From positions 150,001-182,000 of the forward strand of contig NC_017262.1 of NCBI RefSeq assembly GCF_000175255.2: a DNA stretch of 32,000 nt, written 5' to 3'. Shown here one piece after another: positions 1-8,974 of the stretch. A program made the position numbers and the translations under genes. Origin of the DNA: Zymomonas mobilis subsp. mobilis ATCC 10988. GTDB taxonomy: Bacteria; Pseudomonadota; Alphaproteobacteria; Sphingomonadales; Sphingomonadaceae. The notes under the pieces are model-generated. The model was not told the origin of the DNA. It made no database searches and saw only the letters and a program-made list of their open reading frames with translations. Every line of letters begins with the position of its first letter. Positions within the stretch are counted from its first letter, which is position 1.

Positions 1-2
1 TT

Positions 3-3000
3 GAAGACGCGGTAAAAGAGTCTGACAGCCTCATTCTCGCGACTGACCCTGACCGCGAAGGGGAAGCGATCAGCTGGCATATTCTCGAATTGTTAAAGAC
101 CAAAAAACTGTTACCCGATGATGTCGAACGGGTGACCTTTAACGCTATTACCAAAGCGGCTGTTACCGATGCTATGGCGCATCCTCGCCAACTCGATAAT
201 GATTTAATCAATGCCTATCTGGCGCGTCGGGCTTTGGATTATCTCGTCGGTTTCACGCTCTCTCCGATTTTATGGCGGAAATTACCGGGCGCAAAATCAG
301 CCGGACGGGTGCAATCAGTCGCCTTACGGCTGGTGGTTGACCGTGAGCAAGAAATAGAAGGCTTTAAACCGCAAGAATATTGGTCGGTAGAAGCCGATAT
401 GGAAGCCGACAGTATCGGCTTTACGTCGCGACTTATCCAATGGCGCGGCCAAAAACTCGAAAAGCTGTCTATCGCAGATAAGACGCAGGCCGAGGCCGCT
501 CAATCCGATGTTGAATCCGGTCATTTCACGGTTTCGAATGTCGAAACCAAACCGGTTTCCCGTAATCCGCAACCGCCTTTCACAACTTCGACCTTGCAAC
601 AGGAAGCCGCCCGTAAATTGGGTTTTGCGGCCAGCCATACGATGCGCCTCGCTCAAAGCCTTTATGAAGAAGGGCTTATTACCTATATGCGGACGGACGG
701 GGTTCAGATGGATGAAAGCGCGATTGCCGCGGCTCGAAAAACCATCACCCAACGCTATGACGGCGGCTTTGTGCCGGACAAGCCGAGACAATATCAGGTC
801 AAAGCTAAAAATGCCCAAGAAGCCCATGAGGCTATTCGCCCAACCGATTTTTCGCGCGACAAAGCGGCCAGCGGCGATCATGCCCGTCTTTATGAACTGA
901 TCTGGAAGCGCGCCCTTGCCAGCCAAATGGCCTCAGCCAAATTGGAACGGACAACGGTCGATTTAACCGATGGCACGGGGCAAAATGTCTTGCGGGTCAC
1001 GGGGCAGGTCGTCTTATTCTCTGGCTTTCTGACGCTTTATGAAGAAAGCGCTGACGATAACGCCAATGACCGCGATGGCAAAGAAGGCCGCGCCCGTTTG
1101 CCTTTATTACGGGCAGGCAATGCACCTTTGAAAAAAGAAGTCAGGGCAGATCAACATTTCACCCAGCCGCCGCCCCGTTATTCGGAAGCGAGCTTGGTCA
1201 AAAAAATGGAAGATTTGGGCATCGGCCGCCCATCCACTTACGCTTCGGTTATTCAGGTTCTAAAAGACCGCGCCTATGTCACGCTGGAACGCAACCGCTT
1301 CATTCCCAGCGAAGCCGGACGTTTGTTGACGGCCTTTCTTGAACGTTTCTTTGAACGTTATGTCAGCTATGACTTTACCGCGGGCTTGGAAGACAGCCTT
1401 GACGAAATTTCCGGCGGTCGGGCTGACTGGCAAAAAGTCCTTGATGCTTTCTGGCATGACTTCAAACCCAAAACCGCCGAAGTCATGGAACAACAGCCCT
1501 CGGCTATCACCGCAGAATTGGATAAATTCCTTGAACCTTGGCTTTTCCCTGACAAGGGTGACGGCCATGATCCCCGTGAATGTCCCTCCTGCCATACGGG
1601 TCGTTTGGCGTTAAAAGGTGGCCGTTTCGGTGCCTTTATTGCCTGCTCGAATTATCCCGAATGTAAATATACCCGTGGCTTTGGGCAGGGTGAAGACGGC
1701 GTTGACGATAACGAACCCGTCCTGCTCGGTTATATGCCCGAAAATTCGGATGATGACGGCTATATGGCGTTTGCAGACCAAGGGGATATTTCACCCGATA
1801 ACAACGCTTCCACCTCTGAAACAGGCGTTGCTGACGGCGGTGTCGCGGCTAATACGGCCTTTTCTGGCAAGGGGAATAGCGCATCCCATACAGACAGGGA
1901 TGACTTACCTTTTGATCCTGACGAACCCGCCTCTTCAACCGGAAATGTCGCCTCCTCACAATCCCGCATGACAGGTGACGAAACGACTTCTTCCGGTAAT
2001 GGCGTAGATTCATCAGGGCATCATGGGACTTCGGAATCAGTCGTGGCCTCTGGCGAAGCCGATGCCCATAGACAATCGGGTATCGGCACCCAAGCTCTTT
2101 CGGGTAAAAATAACGCAGGTCGCATCGCCGTCTCCGATAACAAGGGAATAAACAGCAGCAGCACAATCGCTGCGGCGCGCAAAGGCGGTTCTACTGACGA
2201 TAATGCTACGGTCTCCGATCCTGATGGGGATATTGGCAGCGGGGCATCTTCTTCCGGTCAGGATGCCGATAATAGGCTTCTATCTCATCGTAATGGAGAC
2301 ATTGATAGCCGCGCGATTCCTGCGGATCACAAGGACAGTTCTAGCGATCAGAATGCCAGCCATGCGCTCTCTCCTGACCGCAATTCTGACGATGCCTCTG
2401 TCTCTAACAGTGATAAAAAGATTGATAGCAAGGCCGTTTCTACCGGCCATGATGTCGGCAATGCCATAACGTCTGATAACAGCCCTTCAGATAATGTCGC
2501 CCATCTGGCTAGCACGCCTTCTTCTGCGACCTCCTCGGTAAAAGTTGCTCTGGAAACAGAAAACAATGATACGGCGGCTAGCAAAGCGGATGAACAAGCC
2601 AAAGAGGAAGAAGAATCCAGAAAGGCAAGGGCGGTTACACGCCGGACAGGCCGTTTTGGGCCTTATATCCAACTTGGTGAAGGCAAAAATGCTAAACGGG
2701 TTTCTGTCCCCCGCGATGTCAATCCAAGGGAGGTTGATTTCTCATTAGCCAGCCGCCTCTTGGCACTGCCTCGCGAAATTGGGCTTCATCCCGAAAGCGG
2801 CAAAATGATTATTGCCGGAACCGGACGTTACGGTCCTTATCTGAATTGTGACGGCAAATATGCCCGCCTGTCTTCCACGGAAGAGCTGTTGGACATTGAC
2901 ATCGATCGGGCTATTGTAAAACTGGCCGAAGCCGCCCAAAATAAGGGGCGCACCGGTGCGACATTATCCCGCGAACCTTTGAAGGTTTTTGGCGATAGCC

Positions 3001-3461
3001 CTGTTACCGAAAAGCCAGTTCAACTGATGAATGGCCGCTACGGGCCCTATGTCACCGATGGTGAAACCAATGCCTCTTTACCGAAAGACACAACCCCCGA
3101 AAGCCTAACTTTCGAAGAGGCATTGGCGTTATTAGAAGCCCGCGCCAAAATGCCGAAAAAGAAGAAAACCAAAAAGGCAGCAGCCAAGAAACCGGCCGCC
3201 AAGAAGACCACCACAAAAAAAGCCGCCCCTAAAAAGGCGACAACAAAAACTACAACCCCAAAATCGGCCACTACCGACAACGCGACTTCAGAAGATGGCG
3301 ATGCCACTCCTGCCAAGTCACCCGCCAAGAAAGCTGTCGCGAAAAAAACAACGGCCAAGAAGCCTGCCTCAAAAAGCGCGACTAAAAAGGCTCCAGCCAG
3401 CAAAACGACCGCAGCGAAAAAGACTTCTAAAGCTGCCCCCAAAGACGAAGTGGCCGAATAA
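3..3461 (+). CDS. topA: DNA topoisomerase I (type IA), 5' end outside the window; carries a long acidic low-complexity insertion and a Lys/Ala/Pro-rich tail
   Basis: The reading frame is open from nt 3 (EDAVKESDSLILATDPDREGEAISWH, the Toprim DxDxEG motif), so the TTG at 90 in the ORF track is internal. It has a type IA core, one C4 zinc ribbon (CPSCH...CSNYPEC), three GR(F/Y)GPY C-terminal repeats and a stop TAA at 3459-3461. Confidence 0.95.
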   Translation, partial: EDAVKESDSLILATDPDREGEAISWHILELLKTKKLLPDDVERVTFNAITKAAVTDAMAHPRQLDNDLINAYLARRALDYLVGFTLSPILWRKLPGAKSAGRVQSVALRLVVDREQEIEGFKPQEYWSVEADMEADSIGFTSRLIQWRGQKLEKLSIADKTQAEAAQSDVESGHFTVSNVETKPVSRNPQPPFTTSTLQQEAARKLGFAASHTMRLAQSLYEEGLITYMRTDGVQMDESAIAAARKTITQRYDGGFVPDKPRQYQVKAKNAQEAHEAIRPTDFSRDKAASGDHARLYELIWKRALASQMASAKLERTTVDLTDGTGQNVLRVTGQVVLFSGFLTLYEESADDNANDRDGKEGRARLPLLRAGNAPLKKEVRADQHFTQPPPRYSEASLVKKMEDLGIGRPSTYASVIQVLKDRAYVTLERNRFIPSEAGRLLTAFLERFFERYVSYDFTAGLEDSLDEISGGRADWQKVLDAFWHDFKPKTAEVMEQQPSAITAELDKFLEPWLFPDKGDGHDPRECPSCHTGRLALKGGRFGAFIACSNYPECKYTRGFGQGEDGVDDNEPVLLGYMPENSDDDGYMAFADQGDISPDNNASTSETGVADGGVAANTAFSGKGNSASHTDRDDLPFDPDEPASSTGNVASSQSRMTGDETTSSGNGVDSSGHHGTSESVVASGEADAHRQSGIGTQALSGKNNAGRIAVSDNKGINSSSTIAAARKGGSTDDNATVSDPDGDIGSGASSSGQDADNRLLSHRNGDIDSRAIPADHKDSSSDQNASHALSPDRNSDDASVSNSDKKIDSKAVSTGHDVGNAITSDNSPSDNVAHLASTPSSATSSVKVALETENNDTAASKADEQAKEEEESRKARAVTRRTGRFGPYIQLGEGKNAKRVSVPRDVNPREVDFSLASRLLALPREIGLHPESGKMIIAGTGRYGPYLNCDGKYARLSSTEELLDIDIDRAIVKLAEAAQNKGRTGATLSREPLKVFGDSPVTEKPVQLMNGRYGPYVTDGETNASLPKDTTPESLTFEEALALLEARAKMPKKKKTKKAAAKKPAAKKTTTKKAAPKKATTKTTTPKSATTDNATSEDGDATPAKSPAKKAVAKKTTAKKPASKSATKKAPASKTTAAKKTSKAAPKDEVAE

Positions 3462-3470
3462 AAACAAAAA

Positions 3471-3497
3471 CGGGATAGCCATGGCTATCCCGTTTCT
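3471..3497 (+). terminator. Rho-independent terminator of topA
   Basis: A perfect 22-nt palindrome cgggatagccatggctatcccg (3471-3492) starts 10 nt after the topA stop. It is followed by the T-rich tttct. Confidence 0.75.
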
Positions 3498-3831
3498 ACT
3501 TTATATCATTAGCTTTTTTACACCCCAAGCTTCCCAGCCCCGCTTTCAGCCACCCGACTATCTATTCCACTCAAGGCCGACAACAGATTCAATAACACCC
3601 TATCTTTACAGATCCTCTAATCTCAATCCGCAAAGCGATTATTAAAGGCGATCCAAAAACTCGCGTCGATAGTATCAAGATCACGAGCATCCGCATCCAT
3701 TTCGAAAGACAGCCTTGCTACTCTCGAGAAGGCGCCTGCAAAGATAGACAGAGATTTCTATTTATCTATACATATATTCCACACCGCCTTGGCTCATGCG
3801 ATGACTTCTATTCCTTTAGTTATTGTCTTAT

Positions 3832-3858
3832 CATACGCTTCATACGCTTCATACGCTT
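3832..3858. repeat. Tandem repeat, 3 perfect copies of the 9-mer catacgctt
   Basis: Read directly as catacgctt catacgctt catacgctt. It lies about 30 nt downstream of the stop of the minus-strand E1-like gene. Confidence 0.9.
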
Positions 3859-3887
3859 ACGATCTAATTTATCCAATCAACCAAAAG

Positions 3888-4646
3888 CTATTCCGCGTTA
3901 TGCTTGCAGCGACAATTCGGGTCTTTGCTCAAAGACACAGTTCTGAAACGAAAATCTTTGGCATCAATCAGCAGTAATTTGTCACCGCTCTCGGAACCAA
4001 ATCCTGTAATCAAACGGATAGTCTCAATCGCAGCTAAACTTCCGATCGTTCCAGTCAATGCACCGAGAACACCTTGCGATGAACAAGTCATCTCCGGTTC
4101 ACCCGGATCATCACCGACAAAACAGCGATAACAAGGTTTACTTGCTTCATATCCTTTGAAAACGGCTAACTGCGCCTCAAAACGAATAACAGCAGCTGAC
4201 ACTAGAGGAATTTTCAACTCTGTTGCTACATCGCTGACAACCAAACGGGTTCCAAAATTATCACTGCCATCCACAATAATGTCAGCCTGACCAATCAGCT
4301 TCTTAGCATTCTCTGCATCCAGTTTCTGGTCATAAGGCAATACTTTAACATCAGGATTCAGACGTTGGACAACATTAGCAGCCATAGCTACTTTATGTGC
4401 TCCGATATCACGGGTCGCAAAAAGTGTTTGTCTCTGTAAATTCGAGAGAGAAACCTCGTCATTATCAACAATAGTAAGACGACCGACACCAGCAGCAGCC
4501 AAATATTGAATAACCGGAGAACCTATTCCTCCAGCACCAACAATTGCGACATGAGCTGATAAGAGTTTTTTTTGTCCCTTACCGCCGATTTCAGGTAAAA
4601 CAATATGACGGGCATAACGATCTAGCTGATTATCAGTAAGTATCAT
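3888..4646 (-). CDS. HesA/MoeB/ThiF-family E1-like adenylyltransferase (no rhodanese domain)
   Basis: [21 protein letters not shown] plus the nucleotide-binding loop VGAGGIGSP and SNLQRQ. Cys pairs CYRC and CRC are present. Its start overlaps the dut stop as ATGA (4643-4646). Confidence 0.85.
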   Translation of the reverse strand: MILTDNQLDRYARHIVLPEIGGKGQKKLLSAHVAIVGAGGIGSPVIQYLAAAGVGRLTIVDNDEVSLSNLQRQTLFATRDIGAHKVAMAANVVQRLNPDVKVLPYDQKLDAENAKKLIGQADIIVDGSDNFGTRLVVSDVATELKIPLVSAAVIRFEAQLAVFKGYEASKPCYRCFVGDDPGEPEMTCSSQGVLGALTGTIGSLAAIETIRLITGFGSESGDKLLLIDAKDFRFRTVSLSKDPNCRCKHNAE

Positions 4647-5083
4647 ATTCCGGTCGATCCAAATCCGTTATGGCCACGCTGGGTATCATCTAAATCAGTG
4701 ACCTCACAAAATACAGCTTGCGTTACTGAAGCCAATATCAGCTGCGCAATACGATCACCTCTTTTAATTTCAAAAGCTTCGTTGCCCAAATTAATAAGAA
4801 GAATTTTAACTTCGCCACGATAATCAGAATCAATAGTTCCAGGAGCATTAGGGCAAGCTATACCATGCTTTAACGCTAACCCTGATCTAGCACGAACCTG
4901 AATTTCATATCCGTTAGGAATAGCTACAGCGAAACCAGTTTTAACCGGATAACGTTGCATAGGTTGCAAAATTACGTCTTCTGCTGACACTACATCCATT
5001 CCCGCAGCGCCCTCACTAGCATAAGAAGGGAAGGGGAGGTTTGCGCCATGGGGTAGGCGTTTTATTTCAAGTTTTATTTTCAT
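4643..5083 (-). CDS. dut: dUTP diphosphatase
   Basis: dUTPase motifs are present: [23 protein letters not shown] and the C-terminal [11 protein letters not shown] prefer the ATG at 5083 ([11 protein letters not shown]) with an aaggga SD-like sequence upstream. The ORF-track start at 5146 would overlap coaBC by 32 nt. Confidence 0.9.
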   Translation of the reverse strand: MKIKLEIKRLPHGANLPFPSYASEGAAGMDVVSAEDVILQPMQRYPVKTGFAVAIPNGYEIQVRARSGLALKHGIACPNAPGTIDSDYRGEVKILLINLGNEAFEIKRGDRIAQLILASVTQAVFCEVTDLDDTQRGHNGFGSTGI

Positions 5084-5114
5084 AAAATGATATCCCTTTA
5101 TGCCAAGCAAAATT

Positions 5115-6368
5115 TTATTTTGATATAATTGATGATGGGTGCTCATTTATAAGATTAAAGTAATCGGCTATTTTACTCGCTAACCGAGAGGCAACCTCTT
5201 TTTTGGACAAAAGAGGCCAATTTTCTATACCTGCATGGCTAGCAATGAAGATTTTATTATAGTCTCCGCCCATTGCCGAGGGGGCATCTTCACTCTCAAT
5301 AACAGGATTGGCTATTATCCAGTCACAACCTTTTTGTTGTAACTTTACTTTTGCATTTTCTAATAGATTTTCTGATTCTGCAGCGAAACCAACAACTAAA
5401 GAAGGACGGTCTATTTTCCTGTGAGATATATTCGATAAGATATCTGGATTTTCTATCGGTATAAGGTCAGGTTCTGATCTACCTTTTTTATATTTTGATG
5501 GAGAATAATTAAACCTCCAGTCAGCAACAGCAGCTGTAAAAATAGCACCATCTGCTGGGAGAGTATTTTCGACAGCTTTTTCCATTTCAATAGCCGTTTC
5601 AACATTCACGCGTTCTACCCTGTCTGGGGTGTTTTGATAAACAGGCCCCGTAACAAGTGTAACTTTTGCACCTAATTTTTGTAAGGCTTCAGCGATCGCG
5701 AAACCCTGTTTCCCAGAAGAGCGATTGGCTAGGTAGCGGACAGGATCAATTGGTTCATGCGTTGGTCCTGCTGTCACAATAAAATGTCTATTTTTTAAAA
5801 ATTGATAATTTTGTTCTTCTGCAAAGAGAGACTCTGCAGATAAAAGAATGTCTTCTGGTGCTGCTAGTCGTCCAATTCCTGTTTCTCCACAAGCCATAGC
5901 TCCAGCTTCTGGATCAACAAAAGATATTCCATCAGATTTTAGTTGATGAATATTCCGTTGAGTTGCTGAGTGATGCCACATGCGATGATTCATTGCAGGC
6001 GCGACTAAGATTGGACTATCCGCTGCAAGAACTACAGTAGAAGCCAAGTCGTTAGCCAATCCATGAGCCATTTTTGAAATAAAGTCAGCCGATGCAGGTG
6101 CGACAATAATCATATCGGCTTCACGGGCTAGACGAATATGACGAATTGAAGCCTCTTCGCTTTCATCCCACATATCCTGCGCTACTGGATTGCCTGATAA
6201 ACTAGCAAGGGCAAGTGGCGTTATAAAATTCGCTCCACCTTTTGTTATGAGACAGCGGATGTCAGCTTTTTTCTTCCTGAATAAGCGGATTATATCTGGG
6301 GCTTTGATAGCTGCAATACTACCAGAAATAACTAACAGGATTCGCTTTCCATTTAAAAAAGAAGACAT
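5115..6368 (-). CDS. coaBC: Bifunctional phosphopantothenoylcysteine decarboxylase / phosphopantothenate-cysteine ligase
   Basis: An N-terminal flavoprotein half ([22 protein letters not shown]) and a C-terminal CoaB half (NRSSGKQG). The 417-aa length is typical, and it sits upstream of dut as in the classical dfp-dut pair. Confidence 0.92.
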   Translation of the reverse strand: MSSFLNGKRILLVISGSIAAIKAPDIIRLFRKKKADIRCLITKGGANFITPLALASLSGNPVAQDMWDESEEASIRHIRLAREADMIIVAPASADFISKMAHGLANDLASTVVLAADSPILVAPAMNHRMWHHSATQRNIHQLKSDGISFVDPEAGAMACGETGIGRLAAPEDILLSAESLFAEEQNYQFLKNRHFIVTAGPTHEPIDPVRYLANRSSGKQGFAIAEALQKLGAKVTLVTGPVYQNTPDRVERVNVETAIEMEKAVENTLPADGAIFTAAVADWRFNYSPSKYKKGRSEPDLIPIENPDILSNISHRKIDRPSLVVGFAAESENLLENAKVKLQQKGCDWIIANPVIESEDAPSAMGGDYNKIFIASHAGIENWPLLSKKEVASRLASKIADYFNLINEHPSSIISK

Positions 6369-6394
6369 AGATTATCTCGATTTGGAGGAGAGAA

Positions 6395-7933
6395 TTAAAA
6401 AAAATGGTAATGGCCCAGAACTATCCCGATAATAAACGCGCTAAGGATGAAGACAGACAAATAATGTTTTGTAGTAGCAGATTTAATCGAATTCTTATTC
6501 GCTAGAGGATAGAGCTGTTCCTCTATGGTGAGAGGCGGATAATATTGATCTATCCGATCAATGAGTTCTGGTAACCGCTTAATGCTTTGAAGTGTTTTAT
6601 AAAATTCTTCAGCTATTTTAGCTTCGGGTCCCAACTCTGAGCGTAACCATTCTCTTACAAAAGGCTCCGCTGTATCCCATAAATTGATATCAGGATATAA
6701 AGAGGTAGCCACTCCTTCAACTACAACCATCGTTTTTTGCAAAAGTAAAAGATGTGGCTGGGTCTGCATCTCAAATTCACGGGTTATAGCAAATAACCCA
6801 TCCAGCATATGACTGATAGAAATATCGCGAACAGATAATCCTCTGATAGGTTCTCCAATAGTCCGCAAAGCAGTCGTGAATTCTGCTATGTCATGGTGAG
6901 ATGGAACATAGCCTGCTTCGAAATGAATTTCCGCTATTCTGGAATAGTTACCTGTAATAAGGCCGTATAATATTTCAGCTAACCAGCGCCGTGCTTTTTT
7001 GTCGATCCGACCCATAATACCAAAATCAACAACAGCAAGAGATCCATCTTTTAATGCAAATAAATTTCCGTGATGGAGGTCAGCATGGAAAAAACCATCA
7101 GCTATAGCCTGCCTTAAGAAACTGCGAACAAGCCGAGTTGCCAAAGATTTTAGATCATATCCGGCCTCCTGCAATTTTTGATGATCTGAAAGCTTAATGC
7201 CATCAATCCATTGCATTACCATCATCGACTGGGATGTCCGATTCCAGTCTATTACAGGGACTTTAAAACCGGGAACTGCTTCCATATTTTCCGCTAACTC
7301 CGAGGCAGACGCAGCTTCTCTCCTTAAATCAAGCTCACGTATTGTCCATTGGCGGAAAGTTTTTACAACTAATTTAGGACGTAGGCGGATAAACTCATCA
7401 TTTAATGATTCTATTTTCGTTGCGGCCCATTCATATGTTTCTGTAGCCTTTCGAAAAGCCTGCTTTATCCCTGGGCGCAGTACTTTTACCGCGACTGTAA
7501 CGCCATCAAGTGTTTCTGCCTGATACACTTGAGCAATAGATGCCGAACCAATAGGAATTTCGTTAAAAAAACGGAAAGATTTCTCAATAGGACATCCTAA
7601 GGCATTTTCGATAACTATACGAATATCTTTAAAAGGCAAGGGCGGTACAGAGTCTTGTAAACATGCCAATTGAGCGGCTGTTTCTTCTCCGATTAGATCT
7701 GGTCGTGTCGCTAAAGTCTGACCAAATTTGATTGCAGCTGGTCCTAAGGCGACAAAAGCGCCTGTATAATCGGGTGGGTTTGGAACTCGATAGCCGATCC
7801 TAAGTAATCTTATTATCAAACGAAGGGATAACGGAACAATTGTAGATTTCTCTACCGTTTTTAAAACGCCATGTTTCGATAATATTCGGCTCCAGCGGAA
7901 TAAACGCCAAAAATGAACAACGGCTAATGTCAT
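6395..7933 (-). CDS. ubiB: UbiB/ABC1-family atypical kinase (ubiquinone biosynthesis)
   Basis: ABC1 signature (GPAAIKFGQTLATRPDL, ASIAQVYQA, FFHADLHHGNLF) and a C-terminal hydrophobic anchor. Its start is 3 nt after the ubiE stop. Confidence 0.9.
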   Translation of the reverse strand: MTLAVVHFWRLFRWSRILSKHGVLKTVEKSTIVPLSLRLIIRLLRIGYRVPNPPDYTGAFVALGPAAIKFGQTLATRPDLIGEETAAQLACLQDSVPPLPFKDIRIVIENALGCPIEKSFRFFNEIPIGSASIAQVYQAETLDGVTVAVKVLRPGIKQAFRKATETYEWAATKIESLNDEFIRLRPKLVVKTFRQWTIRELDLRREAASASELAENMEAVPGFKVPVIDWNRTSQSMMVMQWIDGIKLSDHQKLQEAGYDLKSLATRLVRSFLRQAIADGFFHADLHHGNLFALKDGSLAVVDFGIMGRIDKKARRWLAEILYGLITGNYSRIAEIHFEAGYVPSHHDIAEFTTALRTIGEPIRGLSVRDISISHMLDGLFAITREFEMQTQPHLLLLQKTMVVVEGVATSLYPDINLWDTAEPFVREWLRSELGPEAKIAEEFYKTLQSIKRLPELIDRIDQYYPPLTIEEQLYPLANKNSIKSATTKHYLSVFILSAFIIGIVLGHYHFF

Positions 7934-7936
7934 TAA

Positions 7937-8665
7937 TTAGACTTTCCAACCGCTATGTATAGCCACTAAACCGCCTAAAATTGGCCTTGCTCGTATTTGG
8001 ACAAAACCAGCTGATTTAATCATATCAGAAAATTTTTCTATGTTAGGGAATCTTTCGATAGATTCGATAAGATAGCGATAACTGTCCTCATCATTGGCTA
8101 ATAGCTGACCAATTTTAGGTACGATATGTGTTGAATACATTTTATAAAGATTAGAAAATCCTGACCACTTCGTCTGGGAAAATTCCATGCAAAAGAAACG
8201 TCCCCCTACTTTTAAAACACGCCACGCTTCGTCTAGTGCTTTTTGTATATGTGTTACGTTTCTAATACCAAAAGCTATAGTGTAAGCGTCGAAAACATTA
8301 TCATTAAATGATAATGCTTCAGCATTTTCTTCTTTCCATGTAAGGTTTTCTATCGAGCGGGCTATAGCTCTCTTTTTTCCGACTTCAAGCATAGCTGGAT
8401 TGATATCTGCAATCGTGACATTTGTACCGTATTTTGCCAATCGAAAGGCAATATCTCCGGTGCCGCCCGCCATATCTAGAATATGTTCACTGGCCTTTGG
8501 TTGAACCAGACGAACAAAATCATCTTTCCATAACCGATGGAGTCCACCTGACATAGCATCATTCATTAAATCATAGCGCGATGCTACACGACGAAAGACA
8601 TCGCCAACAAGATGTGTTTTTTCCTGAGGCGAGACGTCTGAAAAACCGAAAGAAACTTTTTCCAT
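7937..8665 (-). CDS. ubiE: Demethylmenaquinone / 2-methoxy-6-polyprenyl-1,4-benzoquinol C-methyltransferase
   Basis: VASRYDLMNDAMSGGLHRLWK signature and SAM motif I (LDMAGGTGD), with FGIRNV. Confidence 0.92.
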   Translation of the reverse strand: MEKVSFGFSDVSPQEKTHLVGDVFRRVASRYDLMNDAMSGGLHRLWKDDFVRLVQPKASEHILDMAGGTGDIAFRLAKYGTNVTIADINPAMLEVGKKRAIARSIENLTWKEENAEALSFNDNVFDAYTIAFGIRNVTHIQKALDEAWRVLKVGGRFFCMEFSQTKWSGFSNLYKMYSTHIVPKIGQLLANDEDSYRYLIESIERFPNIEKFSDMIKSAGFVQIRARPILGGLVAIHSGWKV

Positions 8666-8751
8666 ATGAAAAAGTTTTAATGCTAATCAAAAGAACATTG
8701 AAGCGTAAAAAACTTTATGCTGCTGTTTTTTCTTATTTTAGGTGTTGAGAA

Positions 8752-8825
8752 TGGAGCGGATGAAGGGAATCGAACCCTCGTCTTAAGCTTGGGAAGCTCC
8801 TGCTCTACCATTGAGCTACACCCGC
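8752..8825 (-). tRNA. tRNA-Gly, anticodon CCC, CCA encoded
   Basis: The reverse complement folds by hand into a cloverleaf. Acceptor GCGGGTG/CATCCGC, D arm GCTC-AATGGTA-GAGC, anticodon loop TTCCCAA, T arm GAGGG-TTCGATT-CCCTT, then TCCA. Length is 74 nt. Confidence 0.9.
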
Positions 8826-8974
8826 TAGGATTATTTTGATCTTGAAATCAAAGGCTCTTTGCCACAACTAATATCTTTTGGTCAATGTTATGTTTACACA
8901 AAAACAGAATACTTGAATAATTTTGTCTATTAACCATTTCTGGATATATTCGACAATTTAAACGGAAGATCCTG

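Noticed and set aside
324-926. A 200-aa ORF antisense to topA, and other antisense or alternate-frame ORFs within 508-2939
   Set aside because: They lie entirely inside a strongly supported topA reading frame in a GC-richer region where long spurious ORFs are expected. No motifs are recognisable.
3047-3442. A 131-aa very hydrophobic minus-strand ORF that looks like a membrane protein
   Set aside because: It is the mirror image of the Lys/Ala codon repeats (AAG/GCC gives CTT/GGC) of the TopA tail. It is a compositional artefact.
3623-3700. A 25-codon minus-strand ORF (MDADARDLDTIDASFWIAFNNRFAD) in the topA / E1-like spacer
   Set aside because: There is no convincing ribosome-binding site, it is very short, and I recognise no family. 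It is kept only as possible evidence of a gene remnant (see the finding at 3498-3887).
3789-3977. A 62-aa plus-strand ORF spanning the 9-bp tandem repeat (SYASYASYA)
   Set aside because: It overlaps the 3' end of the E1-like gene on the opposite strand. It is low-complexity sequence produced by translating the repeat, and it has no start context.
5084-5146. A longer dut start ([11 protein letters not shown]...) as listed in the ORF track
   Set aside because: It would overlap coaBC by 32 nt and adds residues not found at dUTPase N-termini. The ATG at 5083 has an SD-like sequence and gives a normal-length protein.
8666-8974. tRNA-Gly as a possible integration hotspot or island boundary
   Set aside because: Both flanks are housekeeping operons (ubiE and mutM). 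I saw no integrase, no IS and no obvious duplicated tRNA 3' segment, although I could not run an exhaustive repeat search.
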